Source: Chiloscyllium plagiosum (lineage: Eukaryota). Taken from it: a DNA stretch of 64,000 nt. The translations under genes were made by a program, and so were the position numbers. The notes beneath the pieces are model-generated. The model made no database searches. It was given only the letters and a program-made list of their open reading frames with translations, and was not told where the DNA came from. The DNA lies in the NCBI RefSeq assembly GCF_004010195.1, contig NC_057718.1:27712005-27776004 (forward strand). Direction: 5' to 3'. Below are positions 63,392 to 64,000 of the stretch, in pieces; the first letter of the stretch is position 1, and each line of letters begins with the position of its first letter.

Positions 63392-64000
63392 TGTTAGCGA
63401 GGTCTCCCTAAATAGGGCATAGATATTCTAGGTGCTATGACATGCAACTCCAGATTACATTTCGTTACATTACATTTCACATTTTATATATTACATTTTA
63501 CAATTTATTCTGCACATTACATTTTCTTGCGTATTCCATGACATCCCTCCTACTTGGACATAGCGTTGACTTGTGAACAGAGGGACAGAGCGAGATTAGG
63601 GTGAGAGGGCACATAAGGGAAGAGTGGAATGAAGGTGGAGATAGCGAAGAGGATAAATTTATTAGGTAGCTATTAGGCCACTGGAGTAAACACTCCTTCT
63701 CCTGGCCCACAAGCTGGAAGGGAATCCTCATGGATTCAGCTTTCTCCTTTAAGCTGCTGAATTTCCCTGAGGTTTGGGAAACCCAAATGCCTGCAGGTAA
63801 AATTAAACTAACTGAATGTAATTAAAAATTGCATAACACCAGGTTATAGTCCAATTGTTGTCCAGAGTGATATTTAACTTTGTCCACCCTGGTCCAACAC
63901 CAGCACCTCCAAGTCATAACTGAATGTAATACTTAACTTCCCAGTCTGGTTCCTACAAATCGGTTGTGCATCTCCTATCCTGCTTCCATTAAGATGTTAT

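Overview
Vertebrate genomic DNA, almost certainly from a shark or other elasmobranch (HE1-type tRNA SINEs, HER1/CR1 LINEs), with three assembly gaps. The window holds the 3' part of a FOXN2 gene on the + strand: four coding exons (34961-35025, 39357-39425, 41064-41178, 46988-47483) and a long repeat-poor 3' UTR. I could not find the forkhead-domain exons, so they lie upstream or in a gap. Most of the rest is decayed or nested retroelements: CR1, L2-like, RTE, Tx1/L1, Penelope-like, SINEs and solo LTRs. Main leads: (1) two copies of a short LTR-like element each carry the same Tx1-clade LINE 3' end at the same internal site with different 5' truncations, suggesting a sequence-specific retrotransposon that targets another element; (2) three Penelope-like repeat families carry minimal hammerhead ribozyme motifs and form fold-back insertions with long TSDs; (3) a ~290-bp AFG2B/SPATA5L1 AAA-ATPase fragment is patched into a CR1 LINE; (4) this FOXN2 lacks the DSGYAS degron and has an extra intron in the C-terminal region. 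Family names and comparisons to human proteins are from memory, not from searches, and repeat boundaries are approximate.
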